Shown: positions 38,425-47,788, numbered from the stretch's first letter. The stretch is DNA of 64,000 bases from Gemmatimonadota bacterium (GCA_032251515.1 JAVVDU010000005.1:16396-80395), one strand, 5' to 3'. Notes: generated by a model not told the origin, from the sequence alone. A program made the numbers and translations.

Positions 38425-39645
38425 ATGTCGCTTCGTCGCCCCCCCCCCAGACCTGTAGAGGCGGGCCGGATCACGCCCGGCCGGGGAACTGATCCCCGCG
38501 CCGGTTCTTTCCGCCGGAGGCTCCCGAGTCCACTCGCCCGAATCTTCATGACGCTCATGGTCATGCCAGCCGTGATCGCCTTCTCCGGTTGCAGGGACGA
38601 GCCGACGGGACCGACTCCTTCCGCGGACAGCCCGACCGCCGGTCGGGACGCCGTGGCGAGCGCGGTCCATCCAGATCAGCTCGAACCGGTGCAGCGCGTG
38701 GCCCGGACGATCGCCATGGCCCTCGCGGACTCGGACGTCCGTACCAACCTGATCCAGCAGATGCGCGGCTCCGCGTACAACGAGCACAAGCTCGTGCTCA
38801 ACCCCTCGGCCGCACGTGCTGCGGAGTCCTCTCTGACGCAGGCGGCGCGAAGCGCCTGCGGCGGGGCAACGTGCCTGGAGGAACTGCTGGTCAGCCTCGG
38901 ATTCGAGGTCGACTTCTACGTGCCGTCGGAAACGCAGCGCCGGACGTGGACGGGTTCCGGTCGGTATCTCGTCGCGGGCTTGTCGGACCCGGACGCGGAG
39001 ATCGCGCTTGCCTTCGACGCCTCCGGACAGTCGCGCTGGATCACGAGCCTGGACAACCCGGGGTTCGATGTGGTGCTGGTCTTGCATCCCGCGGAACCGA
39101 AATCGGAGACGGAGCGGACGCGGCAGCCCGAGGGCGCGACGATCGAGGATGCGACCGACCCACGCACGGAAGTGCTTTCCTCAGAGGCGCACTTCCAGGT
39201 CTGCCCTGATCCTGAAGTGTGTGGCGGTGTTGGTGGCGGCGGTCCGCCCCCTCCCGGGTCTGACCCTCCCCCGCCCCCGGTGACCGGTACCTTCGTCGAG
39301 AGGATCTTCGTGGAGTTCGGAGACGGAATCTTCGCCGGGGAACCAGAGATCTACTTCATCTCGGGATCGGAGTTCTCCGGGCCCCAAGGATTTGTGTCTG
39401 CCACTCGTGATGTCAAGAAGAAACAGTGGGTTACCCTCAATCTCCTGATCACCACAGAGGAACCAGCTCTGCACGGCCCGATTCTCGCGCTTCTGTTCGA
39501 GAGCGACGGCGACTTTCTGAACGACGGCGATGACCCGAAGGGTGAGTCCGTACCCCTGATAACGGGGAGTGGTTCGTATCTCTCCGTGGACCGTTTCAGG
39601 CAGAGAAACGAAGCAGTGTACGATGTGGCGATCACGTCATCGTGA
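38425..39645 (+). CDS. hypothetical lipoprotein (possible Tat-type signal), first gene of GC-poor island
   Basis: ATG 38425 has a GGAGG SD 6 nt upstream. The N-terminus is MSLRRPPPRPVEAG...SFRRRLPSPLARIFMTLMVMPAVIAFSGC, with an RR motif, a hydrophobic core and a lipobox Cys. The internal segment is CPDPEVCGGVGGGGPPPPGSDPPPPP. A C10 tract covers codons 5-8. The alternative start at Met 38548 lacks an SD. Confidence 0.55.
   Translation: MSLRRPPPRPVEAGRITPGRGTDPRAGSFRRRLPSPLARIFMTLMVMPAVIAFSGCRDEPTGPTPSADSPTAGRDAVASAVHPDQLEPVQRVARTIAMALADSDVRTNLIQQMRGSAYNEHKLVLNPSAARAAESSLTQAARSACGGATCLEELLVSLGFEVDFYVPSETQRRTWTGSGRYLVAGLSDPDAEIALAFDASGQSRWITSLDNPGFDVVLVLHPAEPKSETERTRQPEGATIEDATDPRTEVLSSEAHFQVCPDPEVCGGVGGGGPPPPGSDPPPPPVTGTFVERIFVEFGDGIFAGEPEIYFISGSEFSGPQGFVSATRDVKKKQWVTLNLLITTEEPALHGPILALLFESDGDFLNDGDDPKGESVPLITGSGSYLSVDRFRQRNEAVYDVAITSS
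38439..38448 (+). repeat. homopolymeric C10 tract
   Basis: Seen directly (gtcgcc ccccccccag). It lies within codons 5-8 of the 38425 start, or in the 5' leader if the start is 38548. Confidence 0.85.
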
Positions 39646-39703
39646 TGCCTCGGAACCCAGTTTCTGCACATCGCCGGCACGCGGCGTGGAAGGAGTACAA
39701 GAT

Positions 39704-40357
39704 ATGGAACTGCGAGGACTGCGACGGCGGAGTATGCGCGTCGCTGCACTCCTGGGCACTGCTTGGGTCATGATGTTCAGTACGAGTGTCGCCCAGGAAA
39801 TCGGTCGTACTTCCACGCGGACAACTCCCGAGATCGGGCTCGAACTCTGGGCGGGCAGGTCCCCTGAAGCTGGAAGTCCGAGTCGCTTCGCGGACGGAAC
39901 CGGAGGATCATCGGGGCTTGGCCTTTCAGTGGCCCTGACACCACGATGGAGAGGACGGGTGGACCTGACCTTTGCCGACCAGGATCCGGGGGCCACTCTG
40001 TATCACGTTCTTCTCGGCGCGGACTACGAGCTGCTCCCGCCCGGGGGTCGCTTCGGAGTGCGGACCTACGCGGGCCTCGGTGCGGCGATCGTGGACGGTC
40101 CCATAGTGCGCGCCCCCTTGCAACCCGGTTCACAGGAAACATTCCCGCTGGAAATCAGCGAGCGCTGGTTCGAACTCGCCACCGGCCTGGAGGCCCACTA
40201 CCGGGTGCACCGCTTCTTCGAACCGTTCGCGCGGGTTCGGGCGATGGTCGCCTTCCCGGGGGATGAAGTCGTGCAGTTCAGCTTCGAGGACCCCGACGCC
40301 GGCGACGGCCCCCTGTGGAGCTTCCCGCTGCAACTCGGCGTCCGTGCGAGCTTTTGA
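39704..40357 (+). CDS. small outer-membrane beta-barrel protein (OmpW/OmpA-barrel-like), hypothetical
   Basis: ATG 39704 has an AAGGAG SD 8 nt upstream. The signal is MELRGLRRRSMRVAALLGTAWVMMFSTSVAQ. The product has about 217 aa of alternating strands and a C-terminal Phe (GVRASF). Confidence 0.6.
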   Translation: MELRGLRRRSMRVAALLGTAWVMMFSTSVAQEIGRTSTRTTPEIGLELWAGRSPEAGSPSRFADGTGGSSGLGLSVALTPRWRGRVDLTFADQDPGATLYHVLLGADYELLPPGGRFGVRTYAGLGAAIVDGPIVRAPLQPGSQETFPLEISERWFELATGLEAHYRVHRFFEPFARVRAMVAFPGDEVVQFSFEDPDAGDGPLWSFPLQLGVRASF

Positions 40358-40400
40358 CGCACACTCCGCACTTCCCCTCCCCGGTCCGGCCTCTCCGGCC

Positions 40401-41987
40401 GTGACCGGGGGAGGGGGCGCGCGGAGCCGGCGGCACTGGCTATGGGCGCACCGGCCGTCTGCTCTGATCGTCCTTCTCGGGCTGCTGGGCGTCGCCGCGT
40501 GCGGGGACGACGGTCCGCCCACGGGTCCGGACCCGGACGCGAAGCCGGCGGGCTTCCAGATCGAGATCCGGTACGTTGAGGGGACCGACCCGACGCCGGA
40601 GCAGCGGGCGATGTTCGAGCAGGCGGCGGCCCGGTGGGAGGAGGTGATCGTGGGGGACGTGCCGGCCGTGCGGGTGCGACGGCGGGCACCGTTCACGTGC
40701 GTGAATCTCACGGCGCCAGCGCTGGACGAGGAGATCGATGACATCGTCGTGTTCGTTGAGATCGGACCGCTGGATGGGCCATGGCAGGGGACGGGCAACG
40801 GGGGAGAACTCGCGGGGCAAGCGGGCGTCTGCGTACTGCGCGGCAGTTCCCTGCCGGTCGTGTCGGGCATCACGCTCGATGAGGAGGACCAGGCCCTGTT
40901 CTCTGTTCCGCTTGTGCTCCACGAACTCGGCCATGCGCTGGGATTCTTACCGAGTGTATGGCTGCGGCTTGGGCTATTGAAGGACCCGTCGGACCCGGGG
41001 TACGGACGACCGGGTCCGCTGCAAGCGGTGGCGGACGCGACGGTGAGCGAGTGGGAGGCGGCCGGGCGGTTCGGGCTGCCGGGCGGGGCGATGCTGTCCG
41101 AGCACCTGGTGGTGGGCGAGGGGCTCGGGACCTGGACGGACGGCCCCGGCGACGACGAGCTCGTGAGCCTGATCCGGTTCGACGTCGAAGGGGTGCTGGC
41201 TGCGCCACCGCTGAATGCGACGCTCGAGCTTACCCCAGTGACGGCGCAGGGGGATGGGGGTGAAATCGTGTCCCCCCATGGTGCGGCGGGGGCATGGAGT
41301 GAAGAAACAGTGTCCTGGAACACGATGCCGACTATCGGAACTCAGTCAGGAAGCGCTCTTCCCGCAACTTGTGCTCCCACGTGTGACCTGGACGTAACGC
41401 GTCCGGTCGTCGACTGGGTGCTCGGGGGACCGAATCACGGCATCATCGTCAGGCCGGTATTCACCGACCAGTTCGACGCCAACGTGGCCTTCCACACGCG
41501 GCACGCGGCCGACCCGGCGGTGCGGCCGCGGCTGCGGATCTCGCCGGACACGCACTTCGCCGGTCCCGCCGCCCGGGCAGCGTTCGAGGCGCTGGGCGGG
41601 ACGGCCTACGACAGTGCCAAGGTGCCGGTCCAGGACGGGCTGCCGGTGCGTCCCGGTACGGTGGACGCCCACTGGCGGGCCTCCGTGATGCCCAGTGAGC
41701 TCATGGCGCAGCTCGGCCACATCCTGAGCGCCGTGACGATCGGGGCGATGGCGGATCTCGGCTACGAGGTGGATTTCGCTGCGGCGGATCCATGGTCGCT
41801 GCGGGTGAGTGACGTCCGTGTGCAGCCGGAGCTTGCCCTGCCACCCGTCGATGGGGTGGGAGGCGGCCCGCTGTACCGGGTGACACCGACCGGTCACCTC
41901 CAAGTGATCCGGCCCGCGGCAACCGGGGCGACCCTTCAGAACATCTTCGACGCACGTATCGAATCCCCGACAAGGAGGCTCCGATGA
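40401..41987 (+). CDS. zinc metalloprotease lipoprotein, leishmanolysin-like (peptidase M8-like, HExxHALGF)
   Basis: VPLVLHELGHALGFLPSVW matches the HExxHALGF zinc-binding signature of the M8 family. The M8 assignment is from memory. The signal and lipobox are LIVLLGLLGVAACGDD. GTG 40401 is the only in-frame start upstream of the signal peptide. Confidence 0.65.
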   Translation: MTGGGGARSRRHWLWAHRPSALIVLLGLLGVAACGDDGPPTGPDPDAKPAGFQIEIRYVEGTDPTPEQRAMFEQAAARWEEVIVGDVPAVRVRRRAPFTCVNLTAPALDEEIDDIVVFVEIGPLDGPWQGTGNGGELAGQAGVCVLRGSSLPVVSGITLDEEDQALFSVPLVLHELGHALGFLPSVWLRLGLLKDPSDPGYGRPGPLQAVADATVSEWEAAGRFGLPGGAMLSEHLVVGEGLGTWTDGPGDDELVSLIRFDVEGVLAAPPLNATLELTPVTAQGDGGEIVSPHGAAGAWSEETVSWNTMPTIGTQSGSALPATCAPTCDLDVTRPVVDWVLGGPNHGIIVRPVFTDQFDANVAFHTRHAADPAVRPRLRISPDTHFAGPAARAAFEALGGTAYDSAKVPVQDGLPVRPGTVDAHWRASVMPSELMAQLGHILSAVTIGAMADLGYEVDFAAADPWSLRVSDVRVQPELALPPVDGVGGGPLYRVTPTGHLQVIRPAATGATLQNIFDARIESPTRRLR

Positions 41988-42433
41988 TCGCATCCCGCTG
42001 GAACGCGCTGCGGACAGCACTGCTGGTCCTCGCCGTCCTCGTCGTGCCGGCCTGCGACGACGACGATCCGACCGAACCCGTGAGCCTCACGACGGCAGAC
42101 CTCGTGGGCAGCTACGCGGCGACGGTGTTCACGGTCACCGAGGATGGATCGGTGGCCGATGTGCTGACGGTGGGCGGCTCCCTCGAGATCGACCTCGCTG
42201 CCGACAACACGACCTCGGGCTCCCTCGTCATTCCGGCCTCCCTCTCAGAGAGCGGCACCGAGGAGATACTGAGCCTGGCGGGTACCTGGTCGCTGAGCGG
42301 GAGCACGGTGACGTTCGTCCAGGGGGCCGACACGTTCATTCGCGACTCGGACTGGGCCGCGTCCCCCGGCCGCCTGGAGGCGGAGGAGGATTTCGGGGGC
42401 ATCCTGATCCGGGTCGTGCTCGAACGTATCTGA
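41984..42433 (+). CDS. small hypothetical lipoprotein, translationally coupled to the metalloprotease
   Basis: ATG 41984 overlaps the protease stop (ATGA). A strong SD AAGGAGG lies 5 nt upstream. The lipobox is VLVVPACDDDD. The product is 149 aa. Confidence 0.65.
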   Translation: MIASRWNALRTALLVLAVLVVPACDDDDPTEPVSLTTADLVGSYAATVFTVTEDGSVADVLTVGGSLEIDLAADNTTSGSLVIPASLSESGTEEILSLAGTWSLSGSTVTFVQGADTFIRDSDWAASPGRLEAEEDFGGILIRVVLERI

Positions 42434-42549
42434 GCACGACGCCGGCCTTTCGAAAGGAGTGACATCGAACTGACCGGCGCCCCCTGCTGCTCCCTCTCCC
42501 GGCCCGGCTCTCGAGTCGTGCCGGGGAGGGGCCCGGGGAGCGTAGTGCC

Positions 42550-45360
42550 TCAACCCCCCTTGCTGGCGTACCAGGAGTCGCCCGTCCCGACGTCCACGCG
42601 CAGGGGGATCGACAGCTCCACGGCCCCCTCCATCTCCTCCCTCACGATCCCGACCAGGTCCTCCGCCGCCCCCGCGGGCACCTCGAACAGCAGCTCGTCG
42701 TGGACCTGGAGGAGCATGCGGCCGGGTCCCTCGCCCAGCCGCTCGTGCAGGCGGATCATGGCGAGCTTGATGATGTCGGCGGCGGTGCCCTGGATGGGGG
42801 AGTTCGTGGCGGTCCGCTCGCCGAACCCGCGCACGCCCGGGTTGCGGGAGCGGATCTCGGGGATGTAGCGGCGGCGGCCCAGCAGCGTCTCGACGTAGCC
42901 CTTCTCGCGCGCCGTCTCCTTCATCGTCTCCAGGTAGTCGCGCACGCCGGCGAAGCGCTCGAAGTAGCCGCGGATGAACTCCTCGGCCGCGGTCCGGGGA
43001 ATGCCGAGCTGGCGGGCGAGCGACACGGCTCCCTGCCCGTAGATCGTGCCGAAGTTGATCGTCTTGGCGCGGTCCCGCATCGCCGGCGTGACGTCGCCGG
43101 GCGCCACGCCGAAGATCCGCGCGGCCGTCTCGCGGTGGATGTCGCCGCCGGTCCGGAACGCCTCTACGAACGCCCGGTCCCCGGAGAGATGCGCCAGGAC
43201 GCGCAGCTCGATCTGCGAATAGTCGGCCGACACGAACACGTGGCCGGCCTCGGGCACGAAACCCTTGCGGATCTCGCGGCCGAGCGGCGAGCGGATGGGG
43301 ATGTTCTGGAGGTTCGGATCGGAGGAGGAGAGCCGGCCCGTCGCCGCCACCGTCTGGTTGAAGCTCGTGTGGATCCGGCCCGTCTCCGGGTTCACCATCG
43401 CCGGGAGCTTGCGCACGTAGGTGGAGTCCAGCTTGTCCAGCTCCCGGTGCTCGAGGATGAGCCGGGGCACCTGGTGGCCCTGCTCCGCGAGCTCCGACAG
43501 CACGGACTCGTCCGTGGAGGGGCCGGTCTTCGTCTTCCGCACCACCGGCAGCTCCAGGCGGTCGAACAGCAGCTCGCGGAGCTGGGGCACCGAGCGCAGG
43601 TTCACCTCCGAGCCCGCCAGCTTGTGGATCTCTTCCTCGACGAGCTGCAGCTCGCCGGCCAGCTTCTCTCCCAGCCGGGCGAAGAAGTGCCGGTCGATCC
43701 GCACGCCCCGCATCTCCATCGCCGCCAGCACCGGCACGAGCGGCATCTCGACGCGGTGCAGCAGGTCGAGCATCGCGTGCGCCTCGAGTTCGTCCTTCAG
43801 GATCCCGAACAGGCGGAGCGTGACGTCGGCGTCCTCCGCCGCGTACTCCGTGGCCCGGTCGAGGGGGACTTCGGAGAACGGGATCTGCGCGCGGCCGCTC
43901 CCGCACACGTCCGCGTAGGAGATCAGCTTCCGCTTCAGGCGCTCGAGGCCCAGCACGTCGAGCCCGTGCGTGCGCTTGCCGGGATCGAGGCAGTACGAGG
44001 CGAGCGACGTGTCGAAGGCGACGCCGCCGAGCGGCGCGCCCGCCCGCTCGAGCACGATCATGTCGTACTTGATGTTGTGGCCGACCTTGGGCACGGATGG
44101 GTCGGCCAGCAGGGCCCGGAGCCCGGCCAGCGGCTCCGAGCCGAGGGGTGGGAGGTTCGGCACCTCCGAGACGTCGAAGGCGAAGCTCGGGTTCCCTTCC
44201 GCGTCCGGCACGGCGGACGGGGGACGGTGGCCGAACGGGAGGTACCAGGCCCGTCCGGGCGCGGCGGCGAGGGAGATCCCGACCAGGCGGGCGCGCAGCG
44301 GATCGAGGGAGGTCGTCTCGGTGTCGACGGCGAGCATCTCCGCGCGCCGCAGCTCGGCCAGGACCGCCGGCAGGTCGGCGGGGTCGGTGATGGCCGCGTA
44401 GTCGTCCTCTCCCGGAGCGGGGCCCGGCACCTCGCTCCGCTCGTCCGCCGCGGGCGCGTCCGGCGCGAACTCCCGGGCCAGCGTGTGGAACTCGAGCGCC
44501 AGGAACAGCTCGCGCAGCCGGGCGCGGTCGGGCTCCTCCCGCTTCAGGGCCTCCAGATCCAACTCGACCGGCGCGTCCTTGCGGATCGTCACGAGCCGCT
44601 TGGAGAGCCGGGCGGCCTCGGCGTGCGCGAGCAGGGCGTTGCGGACCCGCGTGCCGTCGATCTCCTCCGCGTGCTCGAGCAGGACCTCGAGCGAGCCGTA
44701 CCGGGCCAAAAGGTCCGGCGCCGTCTTCGGCCCGATCCCCCGTACCCCGGGCACGTTGTCCGACGAGTCGCCGATCAGCGCCAGGTAGTCCACGACATGG
44801 GCAGGCGGCACGCCGAGCCGCTCGGAGGCGTTCTCCGGCCCCACCTCGGACTCCTCCACGGCGCCCGCCCCGCCCCGGCCCGGGTTCAGCAGGTGCACGT
44901 CGTCGTCGATGAGCTGGTAGAAGTCCTTGTCGCCGGACACGATCACGGTCCGCAGGCCGTGCTCCGAGGCCCGGGCGGCGAGCGTACCGATCACGTCGTC
45001 GGCCTCCCAGCCCTCCACCTCGATCACAGGAACCCGGAAGCCCTCCACGACCTCGCGGCAGCGCGGGAAGGATGCCGCCAGCTCGTCGGGCATCTTCTCG
45101 CGCGTCGCCTTGTAGTCCTCGAACAGCTCCGTCCGGTAGCTGTCGCCGGCGTCGAATACGACGCCGACGTAGTCCGGGCGCCGCTCCTCGAGGATGCGGA
45201 CCAGGAAGCGGGCCAGGCCGAACGGCGCGGAAGTGTTCTCCCCCTTCGACGTGGTCAGCGGGCGGCTGATCATCGCGAAGAAGGCCCGGTAGACGAGCGC
45301 GTGGCCGTCCAGCAGGAACAGGGTGGGCCGGGCGTCCGGGGACGCTGTCGCGGCGGCCAC
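42550..45360 (-). CDS. polA: DNA polymerase I
   Basis: The 5'-3' exonuclease region (LFLLDGHALVYRAFFA), the 3'-5' exo-like domain and polymerase motifs A/B/C (DYSQIELR, RDRAKTINFGTIYG, LLQVHDELLFE) are all present. A GTG start at 45360 was chosen because it sits 2 bp after the slt stop. The ORF track ATG at 45426 would overlap slt by 65 bp. Confidence 0.92.
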   Translation of the reverse strand: MAAATASPDARPTLFLLDGHALVYRAFFAMISRPLTTSKGENTSAPFGLARFLVRILEERRPDYVGVVFDAGDSYRTELFEDYKATREKMPDELAASFPRCREVVEGFRVPVIEVEGWEADDVIGTLAARASEHGLRTVIVSGDKDFYQLIDDDVHLLNPGRGGAGAVEESEVGPENASERLGVPPAHVVDYLALIGDSSDNVPGVRGIGPKTAPDLLARYGSLEVLLEHAEEIDGTRVRNALLAHAEAARLSKRLVTIRKDAPVELDLEALKREEPDRARLRELFLALEFHTLAREFAPDAPAADERSEVPGPAPGEDDYAAITDPADLPAVLAELRRAEMLAVDTETTSLDPLRARLVGISLAAAPGRAWYLPFGHRPPSAVPDAEGNPSFAFDVSEVPNLPPLGSEPLAGLRALLADPSVPKVGHNIKYDMIVLERAGAPLGGVAFDTSLASYCLDPGKRTHGLDVLGLERLKRKLISYADVCGSGRAQIPFSEVPLDRATEYAAEDADVTLRLFGILKDELEAHAMLDLLHRVEMPLVPVLAAMEMRGVRIDRHFFARLGEKLAGELQLVEEEIHKLAGSEVNLRSVPQLRELLFDRLELPVVRKTKTGPSTDESVLSELAEQGHQVPRLILEHRELDKLDSTYVRKLPAMVNPETGRIHTSFNQTVAATGRLSSSDPNLQNIPIRSPLGREIRKGFVPEAGHVFVSADYSQIELRVLAHLSGDRAFVEAFRTGGDIHRETAARIFGVAPGDVTPAMRDRAKTINFGTIYGQGAVSLARQLGIPRTAAEEFIRGYFERFAGVRDYLETMKETAREKGYVETLLGRRRYIPEIRSRNPGVRGFGERTATNSPIQGTAADIIKLAMIRLHERLGEGPGRMLLQVHDELLFEVPAGAAEDLVGIVREEMEGAVELSIPLRVDVGTGDSWYASKGG

Positions 45361-45361
45361 G

Positions 45362-47788
45362 TCAGGGCCCCGCAGCGGGGACTGCGTCCGCGGGGTCCGC
45401 CGAGGCCTTCGCGGGCGCGGCGCCAAGCCCCCACAGCCGGCGGTAGATGTGCCGGTACGCCTGGATCGTCTTCACGTACACGCGCGTCTCCGAGAAGGGG
45501 ATCCGCTCGACGAGGAGCTCCGCGTCGGCGGAGAACTCCGGGAAGCTGCGCCACCGGGCCCAGCGGTGCGGTCCGGCGTTGTAGGAGATGAGCGCGGCCG
45601 GGAGCGCGCCGCCGTTCCGGTCCAGCAGGTCGCGCAGGTAGAGCGTGCCGAGCTCGAGGTTCAGCTCCGCGACGCGGAGCCGGTCCGCGGAGAAGTCGCT
45701 CACCCCGGCGCGCCGGGCCAGCTCGGCGCCCGTGCGCGGCAGGATCTGCATCAGCCCGATCGCCTCGGCGGGCGACGTCACCTCGCGGTCGAACTGGGAC
45801 TCGCGCCGTACCAGGGCCGCCACGAGGGCCGGGTCGAGGCGGCGGCGGACCGCGACCTCGCGCAGCGGCTCGCCGTACACGAGGGGGTAGACGCCGCGCA
45901 GCAGGTCGTCCGTCCAGGCGCCCCCGCCCTGCCGCCGCACCGCGTCGGCGAGGGCCGTCCCCTGCCAGCTCCAGCCCCGCTCGTTCAGGAGGAGGGCCAG
46001 CGCCAGCCGGGCGGGCGCCGACTCCCCGGTCCGCTCGCGGGTCGAGAGCTCGCGCACCGCGCGCGCCCGCCAGCCGAGGACGCGAAGCAGGTCGAGCCGC
46101 TCCACGAGCGCCAGGTCGGTCGGACGGGGCGGCGGCGCGGGCGAGGCGGCGCGCCGCGGGACGTGGTCCCACGGATCGATCCCCAGGGCCCGGGCCGCGA
46201 GCAGCGCGTAGTACCCGAGCGGGTCGTAGTCGACGGCGGCGCGCCAGGCCGTCCGGGCCGCGACGCTGTCGCCCGCCGCGGCGCGGGCGCGCCCCGTCCA
46301 GTAGAGCGCCGCGTGATGCCAGTTCCCGCCCGGCCAGCGCCGCGGGACCAGCGCGAAGCGCCGCACGGCGTCGACCGGCCTCTCCTCCAGCATCGCCAGC
46401 ATCCCGAGCCGGAACGCGGCCGTGGAGGCGTAGCTGGAGGACGGGTGCAGGTCCAGGGTCCGCTGGTAGGCCGCGGCGGCGCCCGCGAGGTCGCCCCGGT
46501 CGTGCAGGATGTCGGCGACGAGGAACGCCGCGTACGGGCCGTCGGCGGCGGCCGCCAGCTCGGCGACCCGGCGCCACAGCGCGAGCGCCTCCTCGGTGCG
46601 CCCCTGCCGGTACCAGGATCGCCCGGCCAGGAACAGCGCCGCCGCCCGGCGGCGCTGGGCCCCGGGGGGCTCGGAAACGGATGGGGCCGCGGAGGCACCG
46701 GAGGCCGCGGGGTCCGCGGCGGCATCCGCCCCGGCGGGCGCGTCGAGCCACGGGGCGAGCGCGGTCCGCGTCTCGGCGTAGCGCCGGCGGGCGAACCAGG
46801 TCTCCGCGAGCTCCAAACGGATCGCCGGCCGCTCGGCCTCGGGCGCCTCCGCGAGCACCCGCTCCAGCAGCTCCACGGCCCGGCGAGCGCGGCCGGCGGC
46901 GAGGTCGGTGGCGGCCACGAGACGCAGCGACGCGAGGGTCGTGTCGAGGGCGAAAAGCGTCTCTCCGGCCGCCGCATCCGCCCGTCCCGTCTCGAGGGCA
47001 CGGCGGGCCGCCCGCGCCGCGGCGACGGTGTCGCCCCGCGCCAGCAGCACGGGGATCGTCCACTCCCCCGCGAGGGTGGCGGCCGTCCCGGCGCCCAGCG
47101 AATCGACGGTGGCCAGCGCCCGCGCCGTGTCCCCCGCCCGGAAGGCGGCGCGCGCCACCTCGAGGCGCACGGAGTCCCGCGACAGGGCCCGGTCGGCGAG
47201 CGCGGCCGCCGCCACGCGCGCCGCGGAATCGGCGAGCGCGGTGCGGCCGAGGGCCTGCAGGGCGGACAGGCGGAGCCAGCCCCCGATCTCCGGACGGGCC
47301 CGGGCCGCCTCCAGCCACGCCCCGGCCGCCTCGGCGTCGCGACCCAGGCGCTCCAGGGCGCGTGCGCGGCCGGCCAGGGTCGCGAGGGCGGCGTCGGGCG
47401 AGTCCGCCGCGTCGTCCAGGCGCGCGAGGGCGCCCTCAGCGTCGCCGAGCTCGAGCCGCGCGAGCCCCCGCAGCCGGCCCGCCTCGGCAGCCGACGCCTC
47501 GCCGCTCCACGCGCGCTCGGCCAGCAGGCGGTCCACGGTCCGCCAGGCCCGCGCCGCCGTCCAGGCCCGCGCCGCCGCCAGTACCAGTCCCTCGTCGGCA
47601 TCCCGGCCCGCCGCGGCGAGAGCGGGAGCCAGGAGACGGGCCGCCCTCAGCGGCCGGTCCGCCGCGACGAGGGAATCGGCCCGGAGGGCGAGACGGTCGG
47701 GCTCGGACGTCTGCGGGACCGCCGGGCCCGGCGTCCCGAGGAACAGCATGGCGGCCGCCAGGCGGGCCGCGACGCGGTGCACCCTCAT
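45362..47788 (-). CDS. slt: soluble lytic murein transglycosylase (Slt70-like: Ala/Arg-rich superhelical domain + SLT domain)
   Basis: The C-terminal SLT catalytic motif (ESQFD...GLMQI...YNAG) follows about 550 aa of TPR-like Ala-rich repeats. The frame was trimmed to MRVHRVAARLAAAMLFLG (CAT verified at 47786-47788). This start overlaps the upstream stop (ATGA). Confidence 0.82.
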   Translation of the reverse strand: MRVHRVAARLAAAMLFLGTPGPAVPQTSEPDRLALRADSLVAADRPLRAARLLAPALAAAGRDADEGLVLAAARAWTAARAWRTVDRLLAERAWSGEASAAEAGRLRGLARLELGDAEGALARLDDAADSPDAALATLAGRARALERLGRDAEAAGAWLEAARARPEIGGWLRLSALQALGRTALADSAARVAAAALADRALSRDSVRLEVARAAFRAGDTARALATVDSLGAGTAATLAGEWTIPVLLARGDTVAAARAARRALETGRADAAAGETLFALDTTLASLRLVAATDLAAGRARRAVELLERVLAEAPEAERPAIRLELAETWFARRRYAETRTALAPWLDAPAGADAAADPAASGASAAPSVSEPPGAQRRRAAALFLAGRSWYRQGRTEEALALWRRVAELAAAADGPYAAFLVADILHDRGDLAGAAAAYQRTLDLHPSSSYASTAAFRLGMLAMLEERPVDAVRRFALVPRRWPGGNWHHAALYWTGRARAAAGDSVAARTAWRAAVDYDPLGYYALLAARALGIDPWDHVPRRAASPAPPPRPTDLALVERLDLLRVLGWRARAVRELSTRERTGESAPARLALALLLNERGWSWQGTALADAVRRQGGGAWTDDLLRGVYPLVYGEPLREVAVRRRLDPALVAALVRRESQFDREVTSPAEAIGLMQILPRTGAELARRAGVSDFSADRLRVAELNLELGTLYLRDLLDRNGGALPAALISYNAGPHRWARWRSFPEFSADAELLVERIPFSETRVYVKTIQAYRHIYRRLWGLGAAPAKASADPADAVPAAGP

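Noticed and set aside
38548-38550. Met 38548 (MTLMVMPAVIAFSGC) as the start of the island lipoprotein.
   Set aside because: It is possible, but it lacks an SD and leaves a very short n-region without a positive charge. ATG 38425 has a GGAGG SD and gives an RR-containing n-region. The gene is kept as 38425..39645, with this alternative noted.
42245-43906. A 553-aa ORF lies inside polA in another frame.
   Set aside because: It is embedded in the well-supported DNA polymerase I reading frame and is a low-complexity Arg/Gly/Pro translation.
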